The notes under the pieces: generated by a model
The model's input: the letters and a program-made list of their open reading frames with translations, nothing else
Told to the model about the DNA's origin: nothing
Databases searched by the model: none
From: Caulobacteraceae bacterium
GTDB taxonomy: Bacteria > Pseudomonadota > Alphaproteobacteria > Caulobacterales > Caulobacteraceae
Reading direction: 5' to 3'
Length of the DNA: 59,651 bases
NCBI GenBank assembly: GCA_036498165.1
Contig: DASXIE010000243.1
Coordinates: 1 to 59,651, forward strand
Translations under genes and position numbers: made by a program
In this document: one piece after another, positions 31,964 through 41,786 of the stretch
Layout of the letters: the number at the start of each line of letters is the position of its first letter
How positions within the stretch are numbered: position 1 is the first letter of the stretch

Positions 31964-32995
31964 ATGGCGTTGAACGAGGCGGTCCTGCCGGCGGCTGTTC
32001 CTGGGCCAGTCGCGGAAAGGCTCGCGCTGCAGAAGCCGGCCGCCATGCGGATGGTCCAGCTCTATCCGCCCTTCGACCGCTACATGGGCGAAGCGCCGCC
32101 CGAGGTGCTCGCCACGCCCTCGATGATGAGCGAGAACGAGCGCGTCTTTCTATACAACCTTGTAAGGCGCTATTACACCGGGGCCGGGCGGGTGTTGGAC
32201 GCGGGGATATTCCTCGGCGGCTCGACCAACTGCTTCGCCGACGCGATCCGCGAGAATCCACGCTTCGATCGGATCACGGCCAAGTGGCCCAAGCCGGTGC
32301 TGTCGCTGGAGCGGGCGATGGTCAGCGCCACCATGCCCGCGTTCTTCAACCGTCACGGTATCGGCCTCAAATACAAATCCGGCGATTCCTTCGCCGACCT
32401 TCTGGAGAAGTATGTCGCGCCCTGCAAGGATCTCGTCGAACTGCGGATAGGCGATATTCTCGAGTGCGGGGAGATCAACGATCGCATAGAGATTTGCTTT
32501 CTTGATGTACTGAAGAATCCGAATATCGCGGCCTATGCGATCAAACAATACTTTCCGAGACTCATTCCAGGCAGGTCGATCGTCATCCAGCAGGATTATT
32601 TTTTTGAAGGACTACCCTTCATCAAGACCTATCAGGAATTTTTCGCCGACCAGTTCGAGTACGTGGGAGAAGTCGGTTCCAGCGCGATCTTCCGCTGCAT
32701 TGCCAAGGTCGATAAGGCGGCGATCGACCGCGTCGTCGGTGGATTGGCGCCCGAGGAACAGGTGCGCCTGGCCTCAATCGCCCTGCAGCGTTCCATAGAT
32801 CCGACCCGGCGATTCATGATGGCGATGTCCAAGACCCTGCTGATCCGCGAGCTGCATGGCGATGACGCGGCCCGCGCCTATCTCGAATTCGCCGAGGCGG
32901 AATATGCCGGCGAGATCGAGCCCGCCGCGCCGCAACGCCTGGCCGGGCCGCTCAAGGCCCTCCGCAAGCTGTGCGGTATGGAGGAGGCCGCCTAG
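31964..32995 (+). CDS. Class I SAM-dependent methyltransferase-like protein
   Basis: VLDAGIFLGGST motif I, GDI, IEICFLDVLK and LIPGRSIVIQQDY. GGAGAGG RBS. Confidence 0.7.
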   Translation: MALNEAVLPAAVPGPVAERLALQKPAAMRMVQLYPPFDRYMGEAPPEVLATPSMMSENERVFLYNLVRRYYTGAGRVLDAGIFLGGSTNCFADAIRENPRFDRITAKWPKPVLSLERAMVSATMPAFFNRHGIGLKYKSGDSFADLLEKYVAPCKDLVELRIGDILECGEINDRIEICFLDVLKNPNIAAYAIKQYFPRLIPGRSIVIQQDYFFEGLPFIKTYQEFFADQFEYVGEVGSSAIFRCIAKVDKAAIDRVVGGLAPEEQVRLASIALQRSIDPTRRFMMAMSKTLLIRELHGDDAARAYLEFAEAEYAGEIEPAAPQRLAGPLKALRKLCGMEEAA

Positions 32996-33003
32996 GAGTC
33001 CCC

Positions 33004-33834
33004 ATGTCGCTTTTCGATCTCTTCGGCCGGTCCGGAGCGCGGGCTTATCGCCCAAAGCCTGGAACGGCGGGGGCCGCCGCCATGGGGCTCATCCGGTGGA
33101 TGGACTCGGTGATCTTCATGGTCATCCACGATTTCGGTGACCGTTATCGGCAAAGCAAGCTCAGCGCCTTTTTCACGGTCTTCGAGCCCGTGGGCCTGAT
33201 CACTGTGCTGTCCCTGGCCCAGGTGGTCATCGGCGGCGGATCGCTGTGGCAGGACGCTCTCTTTCACACTACAGGCATCCTGCCCTACTACCTGTTCTTC
33301 CATGTCACCTTGCGGATCCGGGCCTCGGACGTGTCTCGCCTGCCGCCGCGAGTGACGCGGTTCGATCAATTCCTTTCCCACATTCTCAGCGAATTGATCG
33401 CCAAGAGCGCCATCGCGGCCCTGATGTTCTCGTTTTTCGCGATCATGAAGACAGCCAACGCCATTCCCTTCAATATAAGCGCCATCGTGCCGCCCCTGCT
33501 GCTGCTGTGCGTGATGGGTGTTGGGGTGGGAATGATCAACATTTTCATCGGCCACTTCTTTTCTGGCTGGACCTACATCTATGCCATCGTCGCCCGGGGG
33601 ATGATGGCCCTTTCAGGCGTGCTGATCCGGCCGGACATGATGCCGGTTCAGCTGAAGCACTTTGTTGTCTGGGACCCGCTCTTCCAGGCAATCACCTGGT
33701 TCCGCAGTGGCTGCTATCCGGGCTACCCGACAGACCTGCTGCACCCGGATTTCCTGATCTATTCGGTGTTCGGGATTCTCGGCGTGGGCGTACTACTCGA
33801 CGCCAGCGTGCGCGAGGTTCGATACACTCGCTAA
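33004..33834 (+). CDS. kpsM: Capsular polysaccharide ABC transporter permease (KpsM/ABC-2)
   Basis: About six TM segments, FEP, TGILPY, LSGV and WDPL...WFR. AGGAG RBS. Confidence 0.75.
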   Translation: MSLFDLFGRSGARAYRPKPGTAGAAAMGLIRWMDSVIFMVIHDFGDRYRQSKLSAFFTVFEPVGLITVLSLAQVVIGGGSLWQDALFHTTGILPYYLFFHVTLRIRASDVSRLPPRVTRFDQFLSHILSELIAKSAIAALMFSFFAIMKTANAIPFNISAIVPPLLLLCVMGVGVGMINIFIGHFFSGWTYIYAIVARGMMALSGVLIRPDMMPVQLKHFVVWDPLFQAITWFRSGCYPGYPTDLLHPDFLIYSVFGILGVGVLLDASVREVRYTR

Positions 33835-33976
33835 CCACGGCCTACGCCGCCCGCGGTTGCGGCGGCCAGATTGCGGAGATAACGTTTGCAAGACCTCAAA
33901 ATCATGATCAGCGCCTCTATGATGGCCAGTGGGGAGGAGGCGCCGGAAATGTTGTTCGCTTCACTGAGGACGCCGC

Positions 33977-35266
33977 ATGAGCGTGAGGACAATGCCTACC
34001 CGCTGGAGGCCAGCGCCATCTGAAGAGAAGGGGCGCGAGGCGGGTGGGAGGCGGCTCGCCGGATTGGCCGGTCTGGCCCTCCTCGCGGCGTGCTCGGCCC
34101 CGGCTCAGCCGGACCAGTTAGCCCAACCGCGGGGCGCCTGCTTCACCCGGGACGACAATCGCACGCCGCCGTTCGAGATCTTTCAGGTCAGTCCCCCGCC
34201 GCCGTACTCGCCGGCGACCCGCGACTATCCGGCGGCTAGCGCCGTCTATCCGGCGACGGACTACGTCACCGGCGCGATTCATTCCATCACCGCGCCCACT
34301 TTGCCCAGCACCAGCGGCTTCACCTTCCGCAAATATTTCCTGTTGTGGGTCAATCGCTGCATTCAGTTGCCCGGCGTGACTCCGGGCATCGACTCCTGCC
34401 GCAATCCGCGCACCAAGGGAAACGGCTACCGCCGCATGATCGATGACGGCGCCGGCGACAAGGTGCGGCCGGCGTTTTCCACTTACGCCAAAGCGGACGC
34501 CTGCACGCTCATCCAGGCGCGGCGCGTACTGGGCGAAACCGGCGGCCTCGAAACCAGCGCCAGGGCCGCCGGACTTACCTTATGGGACGGCGACGATCGC
34601 GTCCGCCTCGCGCCTTTGGCGCGACGCTTCGCAATGCCAAACGGACAGATGATGTCCTATTTCGTCGACACGTGCATTCTCGAGGCGGCGCCCGAGGCCC
34701 CCGACGCCAGCGGGATCGTGCTGGACTATGAGGTGTGGGACAATCGCACTCCAGCCCAGACCGTCGATATCGTACGCAATCTTGCTCGTCTGACGCACCA
34801 ACGCGGCAAGAAGCTGATTCTGATCACTGATCCCGTTCCCAAGCCTCCGAGCGGGCTGACGGCCGAAAGCGTCCCGGCGGTGATCGATGCGGTCGACGGT
34901 TTCGGCTCGGCCATCGCCACCGGCTCTTCCCCGGGCAATCCCTCCACTCATTACCCGGCGCGCGGGCGGATGCGGTCGCCATGGGAGGCCTATCAGACCC
35001 AACTCAGTGTAGTGACCGCCGGTGGTCGCAATCCACTGACGCCGCAAATGCGGCGCAAGCTGATCTGGAACATCGATCTCAACGATATCGCCCCACCTGA
35101 GGCACGACAGCTGCATGATGAAATCGTCCGTCAAGGCTACCGCGGCATGCTCTTGGCGCGCAATTTCCAGCGCGAGGGCGGGGCTTGCGACCGGCCGGTC
35201 AACCAGACCATCGCCTGTTTGGCGCTGGGCCGGTGCGACGGGCGGTTCGGCCTGGACAGGCACTGA
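33977..35266 (+). CDS. Hypothetical lipoprotein with possible TIM-barrel glycoside-hydrolase-like motif
   Basis: Lipobox LAAC after a hydrophobic stretch, DASGIVLDYE motif and several Cys pairs. Confidence 0.5.
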   Translation: MSVRTMPTRWRPAPSEEKGREAGGRRLAGLAGLALLAACSAPAQPDQLAQPRGACFTRDDNRTPPFEIFQVSPPPPYSPATRDYPAASAVYPATDYVTGAIHSITAPTLPSTSGFTFRKYFLLWVNRCIQLPGVTPGIDSCRNPRTKGNGYRRMIDDGAGDKVRPAFSTYAKADACTLIQARRVLGETGGLETSARAAGLTLWDGDDRVRLAPLARRFAMPNGQMMSYFVDTCILEAAPEAPDASGIVLDYEVWDNRTPAQTVDIVRNLARLTHQRGKKLILITDPVPKPPSGLTAESVPAVIDAVDGFGSAIATGSSPGNPSTHYPARGRMRSPWEAYQTQLSVVTAGGRNPLTPQMRRKLIWNIDLNDIAPPEARQLHDEIVRQGYRGMLLARNFQREGGACDRPVNQTIACLALGRCDGRFGLDRH

Positions 35267-35425
35267 CCGTCTTGTACGCAATGGCATGCGGCGGTTGGCG
35301 ACTTCCGGAAGTAAGCGACTTGGCTTTGCAGAACGAGCATGGCGCCTGTGTCATCTGGGATCCTATCACGCGACGAAGTTGTAAATGACGTTCTGGAAAA
35401 TGCTTTTGGCCATTGGCCCTAAGGC

Positions 35426-36844
35426 GTGAGACAATCGCAGCTCACGAAGATCGTTCGCGGCGCCGCCTCGAGACCGACATGGAACATGACGCTCCATTGG
35501 GGGCAGTCGCTCGCCTGCGGCGTACATGGGCAGCCGGCGCGGTCGGCCACCACTCACGGCCATAAAACATTCGGGTCCGGCGTCAAATCCATGAAGCCGG
35601 AAAACGTCTTCGGTCTGAACCACACGACTCGGCCTGGAACCACCACCGTCGCCCACCTGGCCGAAGACGATAACTACGCTTGGAGCGATCGGATTCCAGC
35701 CGGCGAGACTTCGATCACCCAGAGCCTCGACAGGATGTCGGTTCTGGCCGCAGCCTCGGGCGTGCCCGACGACGACAACATCTGGTTCGGCAGCGCGCCG
35801 GCGCGCGGGGCAATGCGGATGAGCCTGCTCACCCCGGACGCCAAGAACTGGCGGAATGTCGTCGATCATGTCTCAGCGTTCGCCGCTCTGGCCCGAGAGG
35901 CCGGGGCGACGCCGATTGTCCGCGATTTCGTCTTCACCCAGGGACAGGTGGATGTCCTGCTGCATACGGAATTTTCACAGTACCGTGCGCAGCTTCTGCA
36001 AATTGTCGATGAGGCGGACCGTTTGGCGCGAAACGTTACCGGCCAGGCGGAGCCGGTCATGACCTTCATCAATCAGGTCTCTCACGGGATCGCGCGCAAG
36101 GGCGGCGACATCGCCCAGGCACAGCTCGAAGCCACCTTTGCGGATTCCAGGGCCAAGCTGCTGATCCCCGACTATGTGTTGCCGCATTCCAGAGACGGCT
36201 TGCATCTGTCCAGCGAGGGATATGCGTTGCGCGGCGTCTATGAAGCGCGGGCGAAATTCTGGACCTTCTTCTGCGATGGACAGGGCGCCGTGACCGGCAT
36301 CCGGCCCTTGAGCGCCTGCTGGGCCGAGGGTCGATTCTACGTCAGATTCGAGGCGCCAACACCGCCGCTGCGCATCGGCCTCGAGGACATCGTCGTCGGC
36401 GCGCCGGACTGGAAGGCCACGCGCCAACATGGCTTTCGCGCCTTCGACCCGGATGGCGACATAGCCCTTGGCGATTTCCAAATCGGGCGCGACGGAGTCA
36501 CCTTAAGCTGCGCCGGCGAGCGCGCGCCGGGTTGTGGTTGCGTCTTCCGTGGCGGGATGGATTACCAATCTCAATCCAATCGAGGGGTTACCCAAGGTGG
36601 CGCTTGCACAGATCTGAAAGACAGCACCAACGAGGTTGTCAGTTTTGGTGACGGCGCGACACTGTTTCGGACTTGGTATCCGTGTCCGCATTTCTCCTTG
36701 GCCGTTCAGTCGACCTCAGAAGATCAATCCAGTTCAGGCCGCGCCTCATTCGCTTCCGTCGCTGGGGGCCCCGGGGCTGCGAAGGATCACGCCGCCCTTT
36801 TTCCGGCGGAATTTTCCATGCTAGGGAAGTCGCTGGCCTTTTGA
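35426..36844 (+). CDS. SGNH/sialate O-acetylesterase (SASA)-like protein
   Basis: WGQSLA (block I Ser), FTQGQVD (QGE-like) and DGLHL (DxxH). Confidence 0.6.
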   Translation: MRQSQLTKIVRGAASRPTWNMTLHWGQSLACGVHGQPARSATTHGHKTFGSGVKSMKPENVFGLNHTTRPGTTTVAHLAEDDNYAWSDRIPAGETSITQSLDRMSVLAAASGVPDDDNIWFGSAPARGAMRMSLLTPDAKNWRNVVDHVSAFAALAREAGATPIVRDFVFTQGQVDVLLHTEFSQYRAQLLQIVDEADRLARNVTGQAEPVMTFINQVSHGIARKGGDIAQAQLEATFADSRAKLLIPDYVLPHSRDGLHLSSEGYALRGVYEARAKFWTFFCDGQGAVTGIRPLSACWAEGRFYVRFEAPTPPLRIGLEDIVVGAPDWKATRQHGFRAFDPDGDIALGDFQIGRDGVTLSCAGERAPGCGCVFRGGMDYQSQSNRGVTQGGACTDLKDSTNEVVSFGDGATLFRTWYPCPHFSLAVQSTSEDQSSSGRASFASVAGGPGAAKDHAALFPAEFSMLGKSLAF

Positions 36845-36908
36845 GTTGAAACCGAGCCGGCCAGGACTCTAAGGAACGTCGAGCGAGGTCATAGTCTTAG
36901 AGGAAATC

Positions 36909-38552
36909 ATGGCGACGCTAATAATTTCAAGCGAAAGAGCACAGCAGAATCTGGCGGAGAACGCCTTCGCAACTTGGCCTTCCCGGCTGCAATCATCCAA
37001 TCGAATCGAGCCCATTTGCCGTCCGGGGTTCACGCCGACTTTCAAGCTGCAGCCCGGCGGGAAGATATATACGTCCGGCTCTTGTTTCGCCCGCAATGTC
37101 GAGGACGCCCTATCGGCCCGAGGTTTCGACGTGGTCAACAGGGACGTAATGGATCTGGGGCCGGAATTCACCCAGATGCGCCGGGGGATTCTCAACAACT
37201 ACGCCATTCCTTCGATGTTCAACGAGCTGAGTTGGGCCCTGAACCAAAGGACCCCGTTCGACGAGGCCCGCCACTTCGTCGAGGTTTCCAACGGCAAGTT
37301 CATCGACATCCACCTGCCGCCGCGCATCCGACCCGCTTCCCTCGAGGCCGTTCGCGCCCGTCGAGCGGCAATCATCAATGTCGCCAAGCGTGTAGTCGAG
37401 TGCTCGACTATCGTCATGACCCTTGGCCTGGTGGAGGCTTGGTACGATCGGGAGACCAAGAGCTACATAAATTACGCCCCACCGCGGATGGTGACGACGA
37501 GATATCCCGGCCGCTTCGAACTTCATGTCCTCGACTACAAGACCTCGCTTGACTATCTCCGGCGGATTGTCCGCATGTTGAAGGCCAAGGCCGCCGCGGA
37601 CCACCACATCCTCCTGACGGTTTCGCCGGTCCCGCTGCTGGCGACATTCACCGCGCGGGACGTCCTGGTCGCCAACGCCTATTCGAAATCCCTGTTGCGG
37701 GTCGTCGCAGAGGTCGTCGCCGGAGAGAATGACCATATCGACTACTATCCAAGCTACGAGAGTGTCACCCTTAGCGATCGCAAGGTCACCTGGAAGGACG
37801 ACCAGCATCACGTGCGTGACGACGTGGTGGCGATCAATGTCGGACGGATGATCCACGCTTACAGCGAGATCGAGGGGCGGGGCGACTTCAGCGTGCCTGA
37901 GGCGATCAGCGAGGCGCGTAATCATTGGCGCGCGAAGGACCCCGGCGCGGCCTTGAGTTGCCTGATGCCGGTCGCCGACCAGCTCGAGTCCCTGGAGGAC
38001 ATGGTCTTCTACGGCGAAGTCTGCCGGGCGGCCGGCATGAAGGAGGAGGCCCTGCGGGTCGCCCTCAGCCTGCCCGACGAGGGTAATATCGGGGCCCAGA
38101 TCTCCAAGGCGGATTTGCTGTTGAAAGTCGGCGAACCGGCCCGCGCCCTGGCGACCGTACAGGCTGCCCTCGACGGCACGCCCAGTCCGCCTGGCCGGAT
38201 TCTCGCCGTGCGCATGCAGGTGCGGATCCTGATCGCCTTGAAGGCCTACGACGAGGCCGCCGTGGCCGCCAAGCTTTGGTCGCAGCTCTCCCCCGCGCGC
38301 ACGGAGCCGCTCATGACTCTAGCGGAGATCTACCGCGACGGCGGCAAGGTCGAGCTTGCCCGGCATGCCTACAACATGGCCCTTGAGCGCGATCCCAGCG
38401 CCGAGAAGATCCGCCTGGATTTCGCCGAATTCCTCATCACTCATAAACAGCTCGACGACGCGCGCAGCGTCTTGTCGAACATGGAGGCCCGCACGCCCGA
38501 TGCCGTTTCACGCCTCCATGAACTCAACCTGCATACGGCGGCGCCCGTCTAG
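36909..38552 (+). CDS. GSCFA-domain protein with C-terminal TPR-like repeats
   Basis: SGSCFA, MTLGLVEAW, LTVSPVPL, NAYSKSLLR, YYPSYE and DQHHV, followed by a helical repeat C-terminus. Confidence 0.85.
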   Translation: MATLIISSERAQQNLAENAFATWPSRLQSSNRIEPICRPGFTPTFKLQPGGKIYTSGSCFARNVEDALSARGFDVVNRDVMDLGPEFTQMRRGILNNYAIPSMFNELSWALNQRTPFDEARHFVEVSNGKFIDIHLPPRIRPASLEAVRARRAAIINVAKRVVECSTIVMTLGLVEAWYDRETKSYINYAPPRMVTTRYPGRFELHVLDYKTSLDYLRRIVRMLKAKAAADHHILLTVSPVPLLATFTARDVLVANAYSKSLLRVVAEVVAGENDHIDYYPSYESVTLSDRKVTWKDDQHHVRDDVVAINVGRMIHAYSEIEGRGDFSVPEAISEARNHWRAKDPGAALSCLMPVADQLESLEDMVFYGEVCRAAGMKEEALRVALSLPDEGNIGAQISKADLLLKVGEPARALATVQAALDGTPSPPGRILAVRMQVRILIALKAYDEAAVAAKLWSQLSPARTEPLMTLAEIYRDGGKVELARHAYNMALERDPSAEKIRLDFAEFLITHKQLDDARSVLSNMEARTPDAVSRLHELNLHTAAPV

Positions 38553-38748
38553 AGCGTGATGGCTTTGCATGGAACAGATGCGAAGTCCGAATCTGGCTCT
38601 GCCCTTCGAGTCGAGAACGAGATTCATCCTTCCGACGATTCCGTCCAAGACCATCCTGCTCCAGGGGGCGCCGGTCGCAACCTTGTAGCAACCTGTCGTG
38701 GCCGATAAGGTCGGCAATGTTCCCAAGCGTTTCTAAGAGGGTATCGGC

Positions 38749-40050
38749 GTGATTTCTCGTTTCGGCGCTTGGGCGGAAGTGGCGCCCGATCCCTCCGCGC
38801 GGCCCGGTCGAAGGCTTTTGGCCGCCGGTCTGTGCGCGGCCGCCATGCTGGGGCTCGCGGCCTGTTCCAGCCTTCCCGAGGGCGGACCGCCGACCCGCGA
38901 TATAGTTCGGGGCGCTCAGGGCGCGCCGGAAGCCAAGCATGAGTCCGTCGGCTACTATGTGGTCGAGGTAAACCCGGCCGTGGTGGCGAGCCTGCGCGGC
39001 GAGGAGCCGGCGCGCCTTTCGCCGGCCTTCGCCGACGGCCATCAGGCCCCCAGCCCGATCATCGGGGTCGGCGACATACTCTCGATCACCATCTACGAAG
39101 CCGGCAGCCCGCTGTTCGGCCTCTCGCAATCGGCCCCAAGTGGCGGCGGCGGGGGTGGCGGCGGCGGTGCGCCTCCGGCTTCCGGGGGCGGCATGAATGG
39201 CGGTGGTGGCGGCGGCTCCGGCGGTATCGGCGGCGGCAACATGGAGACCTTGCCGAACCAGCAGGTCGATATCGCCGGCCAAGTGACGGTGCCCTACGCC
39301 GGGCGGATCGTCGCCGCCGGCCTCACCCCCTTCCAGCTCCAGTCAGCCATCGAGCACGCCTTGGTCGGCAAGGTCATCGGACCGCAAGTGCTGGTCAGCG
39401 TCGTGCAGAGCCAGAGCTCCCAGGTGACGGTCACCGGGGATGTCAACCATCCCGGCCGCGTCGGGCTGGCCCTGACGGGCACTCGGATCCTGGACGCCAT
39501 CGCGCTCAGCGGCGGCACCATCGCCCCGGCGTCGGACATGGCGGTGAGCCTCACCCGCCGGGGCGTCAACCGTCGCGTCCGGCTGGCTTCCCTTATCGAG
39601 AATCCGCAAGACAACATATTTCTTGAGCCGGACGACCTGGTCTTTCTCGTGAAGCAGCCGCAGTCGGTGGTTATCCTGGGCGCGACCCTGAGAGACTCCC
39701 AGATCGCGTTCAATCAGCCCACTCTGAGCCTGGCCGAGGCGGTGGCCAACGGCAACGGCCTGGCCGATCCCCTCGCCGACCCCGGGGGCATCTTCGTCTT
39801 CCGCTACGAGCCGGCCGCGGAGGTCAGGTCCTTGGTTCCGGGCGCCGCCCCTGTCGGCGATCTGGCGCCGGTGGTCTATCGGGTGAACCTCAAGCAAGGC
39901 TCGGGCTTTTTCCTGGCCCAGAACTTCCCTCTGCATGACAAGGACGTGGTCTTCGTTGCCAGCTCGCCCTACGTGCAGATCGGCAAGATGATCATCCTGC
40001 TGCGCGATTTGTCCTTCATCTTCCAGAAGAACACGGTGCTCACAAACTAG
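38749..40050 (+). CDS. Outer-membrane polysaccharide export lipoprotein (Wza/BexD/CtrA-type OPX)
   Basis: Lipobox LAACSSLP..GP, GVGDILSITIYE, GQVTVPYAG, ADPGGIFVFR and DKDVVFV. Start uncertain. Confidence 0.88.
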   Translation: MISRFGAWAEVAPDPSARPGRRLLAAGLCAAAMLGLAACSSLPEGGPPTRDIVRGAQGAPEAKHESVGYYVVEVNPAVVASLRGEEPARLSPAFADGHQAPSPIIGVGDILSITIYEAGSPLFGLSQSAPSGGGGGGGGGAPPASGGGMNGGGGGGSGGIGGGNMETLPNQQVDIAGQVTVPYAGRIVAAGLTPFQLQSAIEHALVGKVIGPQVLVSVVQSQSSQVTVTGDVNHPGRVGLALTGTRILDAIALSGGTIAPASDMAVSLTRRGVNRRVRLASLIENPQDNIFLEPDDLVFLVKQPQSVVILGATLRDSQIAFNQPTLSLAEAVANGNGLADPLADPGGIFVFRYEPAAEVRSLVPGAAPVGDLAPVVYRVNLKQGSGFFLAQNFPLHDKDVVFVASSPYVQIGKMIILLRDLSFIFQKNTVLTN

Positions 40051-40053
40051 GTG

Positions 40054-41688
40054 ATGCGGATCCTATCGCCGCTCAGGGCCGCAGCGAACCACGCTCGAAA
40101 GGCCGCCTCGGCGCCGAGGTCCGATGTGAACCGGCGGGCAATCTACGTGCGCTCGGCGACCAAGATCCTTGGTCGCGGTCAACACCGTTATTATGTCCTC
40201 GACGACGTCAGCATGGTCTTCGACGCCAGCCATCACTACGTCGTCATCGGCATCCAAGGCTCGGGCAAGAGCACCCTGCTGCGCCTGCTCACCGGGATGC
40301 AGAAGCTCGGCCGAGGGTCCATCGAGCGGCAATGCAAGGTCATGCCGCCTTTGGGCTCGGCTTACGTCTACGGCGATGGCGCCTCGGGGCGGGAGCTATG
40401 CAAGATCTTCGCCCAACTCTATGACGCCGATCCCCGCGAGATCACCAACTACACCTACGCCTTCTCCGGTATCGGTGACTATTTCGACCGCTCGACCCTG
40501 GACATGCCGGCGACCGTCCGTAGCCGCCTGTCGATCGCCCTCGGTTACGCCGTCCCAGCCGACATCTACATCTTCGACGGGGCAGTGGGCGCCGGTTCGG
40601 CAGAGTTCCGCGAGAAGTGTCGCCACGCGTTCGACCAGAGGCGGGCTAGCGCAGGGACCATCTTCGCGACCCGCAACCTTCAGGCCGCGGCCTCCTTCGG
40701 GGATCGCGGCGTCATCATCCACGGCGCCAAACTTCATGAGTTCAGCACGGTCGAGGAGGCGCTCTACGCCTTTAGCTACATCGAGATCCAACCCCAGTTC
40801 GGCACCTTGAGGTACGCCGAGGAATTGCTTGCCGCCGGCCGGCCGGAGGAGGCGAGGGACTACCTTGAGGATTCCGGCCTGGTCGGTCCGGAAGACCCCG
40901 CTGCTTGCGAACTCTACGCCAGGATCGCCTCGGAGATGGGCGACGATCCGTCGGCCAAAGCCGCCGCCTTGAGCGCGCTTGGCGCTGACTCAAACCTCAT
41001 TGCGCCGCGCCTTCTGCTGGCCCAGATCGCCTCCCGCTCCGAGGACCACGGTGCCGCAATCACTCACGCCGAAGCCTTCTTAACTCACAAGCCCGACGAC
41101 GCTGAGATGCTGCGATTGCTTGCCCGGGCCTGTGAGGCCGACGGCTCCTATCGCCGCGCGGCACAGGCGTGGCGGCGGCTCGCCGAAACGACCGGCAACT
41201 CCCTAGCCTCCCGCATGGCGCTTCGCTGCGACCTCAGGGTGGCGCGAGGCGAGCTGGATGCCGGGCGCTGGCAGGCTGCGATCGATCATCTCGAAACCGT
41301 GGCCGACGCCCGCGAGGACATGGCCGTCATGGATCTCGAGGTCATCGCCCTGCGCGGTCTGCGCCGCTGGGGCGAGTTGGGGCGAGTTGTCCAACGGATC
41401 AAGGCGAACGATCGCGATCGCGCCGTGACCGTCATCTGCCAGGCCCTGCTCACCGACGACACCGAAAACGCCATCGGCCTGCTCCACCTCCTCAGCGATG
41501 AGGATCTGTCCTCCAGCGCCGGCCTCAAGTCCTGGCGCCACGTTGTCGCTCATCTGGAAAAGTCAGCCCGGCTGGCCCGGCGGGAAGGAAACGAGCCCGC
41601 CGCCCAGACGTTCGCCGCCGCGGCCGACCGGGTCAGCGCGGCCCGCGCCCGGGCGCTAGGCCCCGCCCCCGGCGAGGCGGAGCCTTAG
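40054..41688 (+). CDS. KpsT-like ABC ATP-binding domain (degenerate motifs) fused to TPR-like region
   Basis: Walker A GIQGSGKST is intact, but the signature, Walker B Glu, D-loop and H-loop have diverged. About 300 aa helical C-terminus. Confidence 0.7.
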   Translation: MRILSPLRAAANHARKAASAPRSDVNRRAIYVRSATKILGRGQHRYYVLDDVSMVFDASHHYVVIGIQGSGKSTLLRLLTGMQKLGRGSIERQCKVMPPLGSAYVYGDGASGRELCKIFAQLYDADPREITNYTYAFSGIGDYFDRSTLDMPATVRSRLSIALGYAVPADIYIFDGAVGAGSAEFREKCRHAFDQRRASAGTIFATRNLQAAASFGDRGVIIHGAKLHEFSTVEEALYAFSYIEIQPQFGTLRYAEELLAAGRPEEARDYLEDSGLVGPEDPAACELYARIASEMGDDPSAKAAALSALGADSNLIAPRLLLAQIASRSEDHGAAITHAEAFLTHKPDDAEMLRLLARACEADGSYRRAAQAWRRLAETTGNSLASRMALRCDLRVARGELDAGRWQAAIDHLETVADAREDMAVMDLEVIALRGLRRWGELGRVVQRIKANDRDRAVTVICQALLTDDTENAIGLLHLLSDEDLSSSAGLKSWRHVVAHLEKSARLARREGNEPAAQTFAAAADRVSAARARALGPAPGEAEP

Positions 41689-41786
41689 GAGAGCGGCGCG
41701 CGGATGTGGTCTATGCCCCTGGGAAGTGGTAACAAGGCCGGCCTCTCCAAGATCGTTCCCACTCACCTTCTTAAGCGAAGCGCATC

